A stretch of 54,349 nucleotides of DNA from Treponema sp. (GTDB lineage Bacteria; Spirochaetota; Spirochaetia; Treponematales; Breznakiellaceae). The notes beneath the pieces were generated by a model. That model was not told the origin of the DNA. It did not search any database and saw nothing but the letters and a program-made list of their open reading frames with translations. This document shows, one piece after another, positions 1 to 8,182 of the stretch; position 1 is the stretch's first letter; each line of letters opens with the position of its first letter. Both the position numbers and the translations under genes were made by a program. The stretch spans positions 1 through 54,349 of the forward strand of contig JAISQR010000388.1 of NCBI GenBank assembly GCA_031274035.1, given 5' to 3'.

Positions 1-694
1 GGCAGGTTTTCCCCGTCCCGGTTATACCCCCACTCCGCCATCCCGATAAGTTCCGAGTAGGAAGATATGGATGTTATATCAAGGGCCAGATATTCCCGCT
101 CGCTGCGGTAGGCCCCCCACGCGCCGAAGAACGCTTCCTGTTCCTGATGCGTCAGCGACTGCAGCAATAGTCTTATATCGATTGACGACAAATCGGCGGG
201 GAAGCATTCGCTTTTCTCGCTCCAGTCCCGGCAATACATCATCGGCTCTCCGGAGGAAACGAGAAAACCGGCTATGTCAAACAGGGCGCGCCACTTCTGT
301 GGAAAAACCTCCTGCAGGATGGGTAAAAGCCCGACCTGTTCGGCGATGTTCCGGTAAAGGTGAAACGCCCCGCATTGTTTGATGATCGAGGAGCGGATTT
401 CGTTTTCACAGAAGCTGCCGGTATGTTGGTATACCATAACCGGCGTTCCCTGCGCCTGCATACGTTCTATATATTCGGGTTTGTAGACCGGATGCCCGCT
501 TGCCGGATCAAATTTCCCGATGAGTTTTCTCTTGTTCCTCGGCTTTCCCTGCTCCCTGAAAGAAACCGACTCATAAAGGTAGGTGCAGCCGCCTTTTTTA
601 CACTGAACGATGGACGCCGTAATTAGCTCCTTTGTAGGTATACTTTTTATATAGACTTCAGGGTGTATGTACTTTACGCTATAGTGGTGTGCGT
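1..694 (-). mobile_element. IS1634-family (IS4-like DDE) transposase gene, 5' portion; ORF is open at the left window edge
   Basis: Own reverse-strand translation; it is absent from the ORF track because it is open-ended: ..ITASIVQCKKGGCTYLYESVSFREQGKPRNKRKLIGKFDPASGHPVYKPEYIERMQ..YLALDITSISSYSELIGMAEWGYNRDGENLP. The KxGxxYLYES N-terminus and the DITSxSSYS..GYNRDxExLP block match my memory of IS1634-type transposases. The start is ambiguous: in-frame GTG 692-694, TTG 713-715, or ATT 621-623 lying 3 nt after AAGGAG. Confidence 0.6.
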
Positions 695-769
695 CCCGAC
701 CCACTGACGTTTCACCAAACTCCAAAAATTCTCGATATTGTTTGTGTGAACGCCGTTACCCGCGTGGTT

Positions 770-2515
770 TTAAAAACCTATCTTTTTGCCGGCCATGCCT
801 TTACCCAACAGTTCTTCCTGGCAGAATGAGATGAGCTTTTCAAGCGAAGGTTCCTTGCCGGAAATAACGTTTTCCACAGTCCGTTTGCGGGCAATATTTT
901 CTATCTGGCCGCCTGAAAGGTCAAAACGCTTGGATAGTTCGTATGCATTGGCGTCGGATAAGCAGGGGATAAGGCTTGTCCAGATCGACTTGCGGGCTTC
1001 CATGTTTGGCTTTTCAAATTCAATCTTGTATAGGAAACGCCGTTCAAATGCAGCATCCATGTTCTGAGTGAGATTGCTTGTAGCAATCAAGATACCAATT
1101 AAATTTTCCATTTCCTGTAGAATGATGTTCTGTATGGTGTTTTCCGTCTGATCAACCGCGCGGTTACTTTCCGACAGTTCCTTACGTTTACTGATTATTG
1201 CATCCGCCTCATTAAAAAGAAGAATGGGTGTTATATCGCTTTTCTCAACACAGGCCTTATACCTGTCAAAAATGGACTTTATCTTCTTCTCGCTTTCACC
1301 AAACCACATGCTTTTGGTATCCGATATATCTACTACCATAAGGTCCCGTCCGGTCATGCGGGCAATCTGGTAGGCTGTTTCTGTTTTGCCAGTACCGGGA
1401 AGCCCGGAGAAGAGGCATGCAAAGCCGGTTCTCATGCCGTTTTCTGCAAGCCGTTCCTGAATCGTCTTGAAATTTTCATTGCTTAAAAGGGAACTCAGTT
1501 GTTCAATTTTTTCCATCTCTCCTTTGTTGTAGAACATCTTCTTTTCGGTAATCGTAGATGCCAGAAGCAGCCCCTTCCGGGGATTCCCCAGCCGCTGTTT
1601 TATATTGAGTTCATCAAGCAACTCGTTTTTGGTTTTATCGGTGAGCTTAAAACATTCCCTGTCGCCAAAACCGTCATTGTTACTATTCTCAATAAAATGC
1701 CGTTCCAAAAGCTCATTGTAACCTTCGTTCAGAGAATCCATAATATTACGGAACATATAGCGGTCGTCGTATATATCTTCAATGTCGTGGAAGCCGACAT
1801 GATCATCATTGTTGTTCACATATAAAAGGCAGAAGAACACCAGAAGCGTCATTTCCGTATCATCAATATCAAAGTCTTTTATCTTTTGGCAGAAGTGAAG
1901 CTGCATATTGATGTCAATCAGGGTCTTTAATTCTACGATTAAATTTGCAAAGGTCATCTCATTTTCAAGTCGTTGGGCAAAAAGACTCTCTACCACGGTA
2001 AAAAATTCAGTGATAGAGATATTCTGGTGATTGGCAGGTTTGTATTCCTCATCCTTTCTGAGCGCGTTGATAACTTCAATGGGCACCCGGTATGAAACAA
2101 TACGGTTGCCCCTGCAACAGCAGATAAGTTTCTTCTTTTCAAGTTCATCAAACTCATTCATATAGCGGATAATCTGAATATTGCTGCAATTTAAGGATTC
2201 GGCTATATTCTCAGGCAGTATGGTTTGGTTGTCGGACCTGTTGAGAAAGTGAGAAAAGAGAACCGTCTGCATGTATGTTAGATGCAGTCTTTTCGATACA
2301 TATTCAATGTGATTCCTGGCCTTGCTAAAATACTCTTCGGAAAGCCCTTTTTTTCCTGAAAGTTTTACGATTTTTTCTATATGTTCCAGTAGATGAATAT
2401 TTGCGGTCCCTGAATGTTCATTTGAAACTTCCATCGTCTCGCGGGCATCCTTCCCAAGCTCCTCTTTTTTAATGACATTTGAATCTAAATCTGAACTCTG
2501 CGGTTTTCCAGGCAT
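770..2515 (-). CDS. AAA+ ATPase with a single C-terminal classic AAA module and an uncharacterised ~330-aa N-terminal region
   Basis: 581-aa ORF. Walker A GLPGTGKT, Walker B ILLFNEAD, second region of homology ATSNL..MDAAFERRF. The N-terminal part has no motif I recognise. The gene is visibly more AT-rich than its neighbours. Confidence 0.8.
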   Translation of the reverse strand: MPGKPQSSDLDSNVIKKEELGKDARETMEVSNEHSGTANIHLLEHIEKIVKLSGKKGLSEEYFSKARNHIEYVSKRLHLTYMQTVLFSHFLNRSDNQTILPENIAESLNCSNIQIIRYMNEFDELEKKKLICCCRGNRIVSYRVPIEVINALRKDEEYKPANHQNISITEFFTVVESLFAQRLENEMTFANLIVELKTLIDINMQLHFCQKIKDFDIDDTEMTLLVFFCLLYVNNNDDHVGFHDIEDIYDDRYMFRNIMDSLNEGYNELLERHFIENSNNDGFGDRECFKLTDKTKNELLDELNIKQRLGNPRKGLLLASTITEKKMFYNKGEMEKIEQLSSLLSNENFKTIQERLAENGMRTGFACLFSGLPGTGKTETAYQIARMTGRDLMVVDISDTKSMWFGESEKKIKSIFDRYKACVEKSDITPILLFNEADAIISKRKELSESNRAVDQTENTIQNIILQEMENLIGILIATSNLTQNMDAAFERRFLYKIEFEKPNMEARKSIWTSLIPCLSDANAYELSKRFDLSGGQIENIARKRTVENVISGKEPSLEKLISFCQEELLGKGMAGKKIGF

Positions 2516-2594
2516 ATTATCCTCTCATCTATCTTTTCCGGAGCGCACACTGGAAATCCCTTGTAATTTCCAACTCCTACTATTTTAAAATAAA

Positions 2595-2637
2595 TTGCAA
2601 GGTATAATCGAACCAAAAGTACGATTATACCTTGCAA
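2595..2637. repeat. Perfect 16-bp inverted repeat TTGCAAGGTATAATCG / CGATTATACCTTGCAA with an 11-nt spacer
   Basis: Read directly. It lies 80 nt upstream of the AAA+ gene start. The 13-mer TTGCAAGGTATAA recurs at 31880-31892. Confidence 0.85.
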
Positions 2638-2654
2638 ATTCCCATCGAACCTCC

Positions 2655-2766
2655 GGTTCGCGGAGCCTCGTTAATCGGAATTTTTGCCTGAAGGTGTGCC
2701 ACAGGCATACTGAGCAAAAATTCACCAAAGTCCCATCGGACACGAAGTGTCCGCGGCTGCTAGTGC
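2655..2766 (+). repeat. Interspersed structured repeat, family A, copy A1 (full length)
   Basis: Shares the core GTTAATCGGAATTTTTGCnTnAAGGTGTGCCnCAGGCAyACTGAGCAAAAATTCACCAAAGTCCCA with 15183-15276 and 31511-31627. Contains hairpins GTGTGCC-aca-GGCATAC and CGGACAC-GAA-GTGTCCG. Confidence 0.85.
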
Positions 2767-2879
2767 GGCTAAACGCCCGCTTTTTCCGCTAAATCCAATC
2801 CCAATTTTTTTATCCCTTTTATTATAATTAGAACCCATAATAGTTGGCAAGAACAGCTCTATGCAGGTATACTTACAGT

Positions 2880-3410
2880 ATGCAGTATACTCTTACCCGA
2901 AAGCTCACCGCACGAATTATCTATATTATCGGCTTTTTGCTGATGTTTATGGGCAACGTTTTTCTCATAAGCGCCTATACCGGTCCAGCCCACGTGCCGG
3001 TATTTGTATCATTTTTTCTGGTTATTCTAGGTTCGGCCTGTGCGGCTATTGCGGTAAAGTTCGATAAACGCTCTGTTTTTCTTTTTTCCGTTCTCTTTTT
3101 CTTCCTGATAGGAGTTTTTCTCTTTCTCTCGGTTATCCGTATCATCCCCATAAGTTTTACCCAAAGCTGGCCCCTGCTCTCGGTTTTCGCGGGTCTGGCC
3201 CTGCTGTCCACCGGCATGAGCAAGTACGGATATTCCAACAACCGTTTCGTTATACCCGCCGCCGCCTTTATCGTTTTAGGCTTAATCCTTCTCATCTTTT
3301 CCTTTGACATTGTTCCCTTTTCCTTCAGGGATTTTATGACGAATTCATGGCCGGTGTTCGTCATCGGGGCGGCCTGTATCCTCATCTTTGCAGGAGTAAG
3401 AAAACCGTGA
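2880..3410 (+). CDS. Polytopic membrane protein of unknown function (about 5-6 TM segments)
   Basis: The ORF track frame starts at TTG 2844; the first ATG is at 2880. Runs of hydrophobic segments throughout. Its stop TGA overlaps the GTG of the next gene (GTGA at 3407-3410). Confidence 0.5.
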   Translation: MQYTLTRKLTARIIYIIGFLLMFMGNVFLISAYTGPAHVPVFVSFFLVILGSACAAIAVKFDKRSVFLFSVLFFFLIGVFLFLSVIRIIPISFTQSWPLLSVFAGLALLSTGMSKYGYSNNRFVIPAAAFIVLGLILLIFSFDIVPFSFRDFMTNSWPVFVIGAACILIFAGVRKP

Positions 3411-5182
3411 AGTATTCCTGTCCTCAAAGGAATCCTCGTTTTCATAAGGGGGGGCGGGCAAAGCGCGGAAAACCCCCGTGCAGGGTTGTCTTTGTCTTTA
3501 TACTGTCCCTGTGCGCCTGCCAATCTCAGCCTCCTATTGTGGAAACCCCCATACCGCAGCCGGCCAGTATACAGGAGCTTAAAGAACCGGCGGCGCCGGC
3601 CCGGCCGTCAGGAAGCGGCGGCCTTGCCGATGAGATCCGCGCCCTAACCGAAAATGGTTCCCCGCCCTCGCTTATGCAGGCCCTGGACATGATACGCGGC
3701 AGGGACCTGGCGGCCAGCGACTTCGGACGCGCAATGAGCGCCATTATCGTCAACCTTATGCAGAAACTCTACCCCAGCATTCGGACGCCGCTCCCCCCGG
3801 CGGACCCTCCCCAGACCAATGCGTATTCCCGTATACTACGCGAAGCGGAAAGGGGAAACTATACAAGCCCGCCGGCCAATTCATCGGATTTCCTTGATTA
3901 CACCCTGCCCTTCCTGGCCCTTCTGAACGAGACCAAAGGGGAGCGCCTTATCCCCATACTGCCTGACTTACAGAAGGCAAAGGAATTAAACCCGTCTTCG
4001 GTTCTTGCGCCCTATTTCTCCGGCCTTATCTATGAACGCACCGGTAAAATCGACGAAGCCGAAGCTGAGTATACAAAAGCCGGCGAGCTGTCCTCCGATT
4101 GTTACCCCGCGGCCGAGGGTCTTGCCCGGATAAAAATGGCAAAAGGTTTAAAACAGGAAGCCATACAGATCTTTTCAGATCTGGTTATCCGCTATCCTGA
4201 TAATTCAGCCGTTAAACGGCAGCTCGCCCTTGCCTACTATGAAGTAGGCGATTGGTCCCGTGCCGAGCCTGCCATTGCGGAGGTACTTCAGAGAGACAGC
4301 CGCGACGGTGAATTTATCCTTATGCGCGCGCGGGTACTGGTAGAGCAGGGTCAATTTACGCAGGCCCAAGCCCCCCTGGATCTCTACGCATCCATTAACC
4401 CCTCTAACCCCCTCTACCTCTTCCTCCGTGCCAGGGTACAGGCCGAGGGCTTCCATAACCGTGACGCGGCCCTCAACTACCTCCGTTCCCTGCTGCGCGG
4501 TTCCAATGCCGGCGACGAAGAGTCGGTTTACGCGGCCAATCTTCTTATGGAATCTCCGCGGGCAGAGGATCAGAACGAAGGCAGGGAACTCCTTGCCCGT
4601 CTGCTGAACAAAGAGGAACCCTCGCCGGTCGTACTGAACCTGGCTCTCCAGGACAGCATACGCCGGGAAAACTGGCGGGAAGCTAATGACTACCTCAAGC
4701 TGCTCCTCGCCGTCCGCCGCGGACCCCAGGACCTTCTCAGCGCCTATAAGGTAGAACACGGGCTTGGGAACAATGCCGCGGCCCTAACCTACGCGCGTGA
4801 ACTCCACGAGAAGGATCCCGCCAATGAAGAAGGAACCATAGCCTATATTTCCGCCCTTATCGACACGGGCCGGCAGGACGAAGCCGGACGGCTGATAGAA
4901 AGCCGGCTTAAAGGCATGAGCGGCGGCGGACTTAAAAGCCGCTACTATTACCTGCTCAGCCGTATCCGTACCAACGAAGAAGCCGCCATGAACGATCTCC
5001 GTTCCAGCCTTTTTGAAGACCCCCGCAACCTCAATGCCCTTATTGCGATGTTTGACATCTACCACCGCCACCGGGACGAGCGCCGCGCCGTCTACTACCT
5101 TAAACAGGCGCTGGCCATAGCCCCCGACAACCCCCAGCTTAAGCGCTATGAAAATGAATTCGCCGCCCTTCTGGGAAATTAG
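3407..5182 (+). CDS. TPR-repeat lipoprotein
   Basis: ORF 3347-5182. I prefer the GTG at 3407 because it gives a basic n-region followed by VVFVFILSLCAC, a lipobox-like L-S-L-C. The body has many TPR-like A/Y/L-rich 34-aa units. Confidence 0.65.
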   Translation: MKYSCPQRNPRFHKGGRAKRGKPPCRVVFVFILSLCACQSQPPIVETPIPQPASIQELKEPAAPARPSGSGGLADEIRALTENGSPPSLMQALDMIRGRDLAASDFGRAMSAIIVNLMQKLYPSIRTPLPPADPPQTNAYSRILREAERGNYTSPPANSSDFLDYTLPFLALLNETKGERLIPILPDLQKAKELNPSSVLAPYFSGLIYERTGKIDEAEAEYTKAGELSSDCYPAAEGLARIKMAKGLKQEAIQIFSDLVIRYPDNSAVKRQLALAYYEVGDWSRAEPAIAEVLQRDSRDGEFILMRARVLVEQGQFTQAQAPLDLYASINPSNPLYLFLRARVQAEGFHNRDAALNYLRSLLRGSNAGDEESVYAANLLMESPRAEDQNEGRELLARLLNKEEPSPVVLNLALQDSIRRENWREANDYLKLLLAVRRGPQDLLSAYKVEHGLGNNAAALTYARELHEKDPANEEGTIAYISALIDTGRQDEAGRLIESRLKGMSGGGLKSRYYYLLSRIRTNEEAAMNDLRSSLFEDPRNLNALIAMFDIYHRHRDERRAVYYLKQALAIAPDNPQLKRYENEFAALLGN

Positions 5183-5268
5183 CGGCGTGATGATCCGTTC
5201 CCGAAACCCGGTTCACGCGAACCAGAGGAAAAACCGCTCAAATTAGAGGCTTTCCCATGTCTTTAGTC

Positions 5269-5320
5269 CAAAAATTCACCAAAGTGCCATCGGACACGAA
5301 GTGTCCGCGGCTGCTAGCCG
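5269..5320 (+). repeat. Family A repeat, copy A2 (3' half only)
   Basis: CAAAAATTCACCAAAGTGCCATCGGACACGAAGTGTCCGCGGCTGCTAG is almost identical to the 3' half of A1. The parB stop codon (TAG, 5314-5316 on the minus strand) lies inside the repeat terminus. Confidence 0.85.
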
Positions 5321-6291
5321 CCCAGCACCTCGTAGAGCCGTTCCAGATCTTCCATTGAATAGTATTCAATATGGATCATACCCTTGTTAAGATCCCCGTC
5401 TATCACTACTTTGGTTCCCAGCGCCCGCAGAAATTTTTCTTCCATAGCGTCCAGTTCCGGCGCGCGGCGGGCCTTCACGTTTGCCGGAACCTTATCCGCG
5501 TCCGCCGCCGGCTTTGCGCTTTCCGCCTGGTTCAACCTGGCGGCCCGTTTTTCCGCCTCCCTTACGGATATGCTGTTTGCAAGTATATCACGGTACAGGC
5601 TCTCCTGTTTCCGGGGCTCATTTACCGAAAGAACGGCGCGCGCGTGCCCCGATGAGAGAGCGCCGTTTTCCAGGCTTTCCTGCATGGAGCGGGGCAGTTT
5701 GAGAAGCCTCAGCGCGTTTGCAACGGTAGAACGGTTCTTACCCACTTTGGCGGCAATTTCGTCCTGGGAAAGGCCGGTCAGTTCCATAAGACCGCGGTAG
5801 GCGGAGGCTTCCTCTATAGGGTTAAGGTCCTGACGCTGAATATTCTCGATAAGCGAAACTTCCATGCGCTTTTCATCGCTGTAATTGCGGAGCACGGCTG
5901 GAATTTCGTTAAGCCCGGCAAGGCGCGCCGCACGGGTACGCCTTTCCCCCGCAATGATGATGTACGAGCCGTCCTCCGCTTCCTGGGCGATGATGGGCTC
6001 TATGACGCCGTGTTCCCGTATGGAAGCGGCAAGTTCCTCAAGGCTTTCCCCGTCAAAAGACCTGCGCGGCTGGGTGGGGTTTACCCTGAGCTTGTCCAGG
6101 GGTATACGGATTTCTCCTCCTCCTGAAGCGCCCGTGTCTTTTCCAGGAGCCGCCTTATCCGCGCCGCTATCGGCAGCTTCCTCTGCGGCCTGGAGGCTGC
6201 CGCCTTCAGGATCGTCCGCGGTGAATTTCCCTTCGCCGTCAATAGGGAGCAGGGCATCAAGGCCCTTTCCAAGCCCATGTTTAAACGCCAC
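5314..6291 (-). CDS. parB: Chromosome partitioning protein ParB (Spo0J)
   Basis: N-terminus GLGKGLDALL, ParB-box IIAGERRTRAARLAG, an HTH region, and an 11-nt overlap with parA. Confidence 0.9.
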   Translation of the reverse strand: MAFKHGLGKGLDALLPIDGEGKFTADDPEGGSLQAAEEAADSGADKAAPGKDTGASGGGEIRIPLDKLRVNPTQPRRSFDGESLEELAASIREHGVIEPIIAQEAEDGSYIIIAGERRTRAARLAGLNEIPAVLRNYSDEKRMEVSLIENIQRQDLNPIEEASAYRGLMELTGLSQDEIAAKVGKNRSTVANALRLLKLPRSMQESLENGALSSGHARAVLSVNEPRKQESLYRDILANSISVREAEKRAARLNQAESAKPAADADKVPANVKARRAPELDAMEEKFLRALGTKVVIDGDLNKGMIHIEYYSMEDLERLYEVLGG

Positions 6292-7039
6292 GCTGCATTA
6301 CCTCCATAGCAAGGTTCCTGTATGCCTTGGCCCCGCTGCACTGGGGATCGTACTGAGAAATCGTCATGCCATAGGAAGGCGCTTCGGACAGGCGCACATT
6401 CCGGGGGATTATTGTCGTAAAGACCTTATCCTTAAAATAGGCGCTTACCTCTTTGACTACCTCCTGGGCCAGCCGGGTACGGGAATCGTACATCGTAAAG
6501 AATATCCCTTCGATAGTTAAGGAAGGGTTCAAATTTTTCTGTATACGCTTAACGGTTTGGAGGAGCAGGGTTAGACCCTCCATAGCAAAATATTCGCATT
6601 GCATAGGGATAAGCACCCCGTCGGCGGCGCTGAGGCCGTTCAGGGTAAGAACGCCAAGACTGGGCGGGCAGTCTATAAGGATATAATCAAAGCGGTTCCG
6701 CGCCGGTTCCAGAGCATTTTTCAGGAAAAATTCCCTGTTCTTCTGTTCGATAAGCTCTACCGCGGCGCCCGATAGATCTATGCTTGCCGGAATAACCGAA
6801 AGGCCGTTCAGCGCGGTCTTCCGCAGTACCGAATCAAAAACGGCGCTGCCGGAGAGAAGCTCGTAAATGCCCGGTTTAAAGGCCTTGATCCCGACGCCGC
6901 TTGTCAGGTTCGCCTGGGAATCAAAATCCACAAGAAGCGCCGACTTCCCCCCCATAGCCAGGTATGCGCCTATATTGATGGCCGAGGTTGTCTTTCCTAC
7001 ACCGCCCTTCTGGTTTACAAACACGAAAATTTTTCCCAT
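6281..7039 (-). CDS. parA: Chromosome partitioning ATPase ParA (Soj)
   Basis: Deviant Walker A NQKGGVGKTT, DCPPSLG, and the whole length is typical for Soj. The ATG at 7039 is preferred over the GTG at 7054. Confidence 0.9.
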   Translation of the reverse strand: MGKIFVFVNQKGGVGKTTSAINIGAYLAMGGKSALLVDFDSQANLTSGVGIKAFKPGIYELLSGSAVFDSVLRKTALNGLSVIPASIDLSGAAVELIEQKNREFFLKNALEPARNRFDYILIDCPPSLGVLTLNGLSAADGVLIPMQCEYFAMEGLTLLLQTVKRIQKNLNPSLTIEGIFFTMYDSRTRLAQEVVKEVSAYFKDKVFTTIIPRNVRLSEAPSYGMTISQYDPQCSGAKAYRNLAMEVMQRGV

Positions 7040-7093
7040 AACAAGAGTATACACAAGAAGCAGGTTCTATGCTAGAATTACTTTAGTATACTT

Positions 7094-7141
7094 TATAAAA
7101 TTGAAGTTTTATACGGTTTTACGCGCGAAGCGCGGCAAACT
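7094..7141 (+). repeat. Two-hairpin module, family E, copy E1
   Basis: TATAAAA-ttgaag-TTTTATA followed by CGCGC-GAA-GCGCG. Aligns with 31886-31934 (TTTATACnnTTTTAyGCGCGAAGCGCrrCAAA). Confidence 0.75.
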
Positions 7142-7161
7142 CATCGGGAGTGGTAGAGCCG

Positions 7162-7188
7162 CTTCCAAAACTCGGTTGGTTTTGAAAG
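7162..7188. repeat. CCAAAA/TTTTGG-type hairpin (family D-like)
   Basis: CTTCCAAAAC-tcggttg-GTTTTGAAAG, a 10-bp stem with one mismatch. Confidence 0.6.
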
Positions 7189-7279
7189 CCTCGGCAGTTA
7201 CGAATTTTTTGGCCCGCGGGCGTTGGAGGCAATGAGAAAAATTGTATATTGTGGTATATTTTATATAATGGGGATTCCA

Positions 7280-8182
7280 ATGAAAAAGCATCAGTATTTC
7301 TTTTTTATATCGGGGGTGTTCTTTTGCTTAGGTTTTACCGCCCTTCCTTTATTGGCCCAGACGCCTGAAGAGCTTGCTCCCGAGGGTTTTGTGTATATCA
7401 AAGGCGGCTTCTTTATGATGAGCAGCCCCGAATCTGAAGCGGGCAGGCGGGATAACGAGGGTCCCCGGCGCCGTGTCAGGATCGAGCCCTTTTATATGGG
7501 GATATACGAGGTAACCCAGGATGAGTACCGGGAAATTATGGGGATCAATCCCGCTTATTTCAAAGGCGGTATGCTGCCGGTGGAACAGGTAAGCTGGTAT
7601 GATGCTATTGAATACTGTAATAGGCGGAGCAGGCGGGAAGGGCTTACACCCGCCTATCTGATAGACGGGGGAACCGTTACCTGGGATACTTCCGCCGGCG
7701 GTTACCGCCTTCCTACCGAGGCCGAGTGGGAATATGCCTGCCGTTCGGGTTCCGCCGCTCCTTTCAGCACCGGGGAAACCATCACGACAGACGCGGCCAA
7801 CTACAACGGTTACTTTCCCTATACAGATAACGACGAGGGGATATACCGGCAAACGACAACCCGTGTCGGGAGTTTTGAGCCTAATCCCTTCGGCCTGTAT
7901 GACATGCACGGAAATGTCTGGGAATGGTGCTGGGAGCCGTACCTAAGCAACGGGGAAGATGCCGCCGTTTATAGTACGGACCTCTTTGCCAATGAATACC
8001 GCGTACTGCGCGGCGGAAGCTGGTATAACAGCGGCGATTTCCTGCGTTCGGCCTGCCGGGAAAGTTTCAATCTGTTTGGACGGGCTACCAATGCCGGTTT
8101 CCGCCTTGTTAGATCCGTACCCGTGATAGAGGAAAAGAGAGCGGAGGGTAAAAGCGCCGATGGACAGTACAGCCCTTCCTGA
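7280..8182 (+). CDS. Formylglycine-generating-enzyme (SUMF1/FGE) domain protein, secreted
   Basis: Signal peptide MKKHQYFFFISGVFFCLGFTALPLLAQ. Motifs YDMHGNVWEWCWE, RVLRGGSW and GFRLVR. The ATG at 7280 is preferred to the 7223 start. Confidence 0.8.
   Translation: MKKHQYFFFISGVFFCLGFTALPLLAQTPEELAPEGFVYIKGGFFMMSSPESEAGRRDNEGPRRRVRIEPFYMGIYEVTQDEYREIMGINPAYFKGGMLPVEQVSWYDAIEYCNRRSRREGLTPAYLIDGGTVTWDTSAGGYRLPTEAEWEYACRSGSAAPFSTGETITTDAANYNGYFPYTDNDEGIYRQTTTRVGSFEPNPFGLYDMHGNVWEWCWEPYLSNGEDAAVYSTDLFANEYRVLRGGSWYNSGDFLRSACRESFNLFGRATNAGFRLVRSVPVIEEKRAEGKSADGQYSPS

Noticed and set aside
71-626. Plus-strand ORFs 71-382 and 360-626 from the ORF track
   Set aside because: They lie antisense to a much more convincing transposase reading frame that is open at the window edge. 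Their products are Arg/Pro-rich with no motif.
2595-2792. ORFs translating the family-A repeats (2595-2792, 15221-15448, 31322-31600), which share the peptide HTEQKFTKVP
   Set aside because: The similarity is at the DNA level and extends outside the frames. The copies differ by indels and hairpin-preserving changes rather than codon-like substitutions. There are no SD sequences, and one copy is only a half element.
3347-3406. ATG 3347 as the start of the TPR lipoprotein
   Set aside because: It would overlap the upstream membrane-protein gene by 64 nt and put 20 extra residues before the signal peptide. GTG 3407 in a GTGA overlap fits better. This remains uncertain.
5183-7279. parS site near parAB
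   Set aside because: I searched by eye for TGTTNCACGTGAAACA-like palindromes. Only isolated CACGTG or GTTTCAC fragments occur (for example near 2990 and 706), with no dyad. Absence within this window is not informative.
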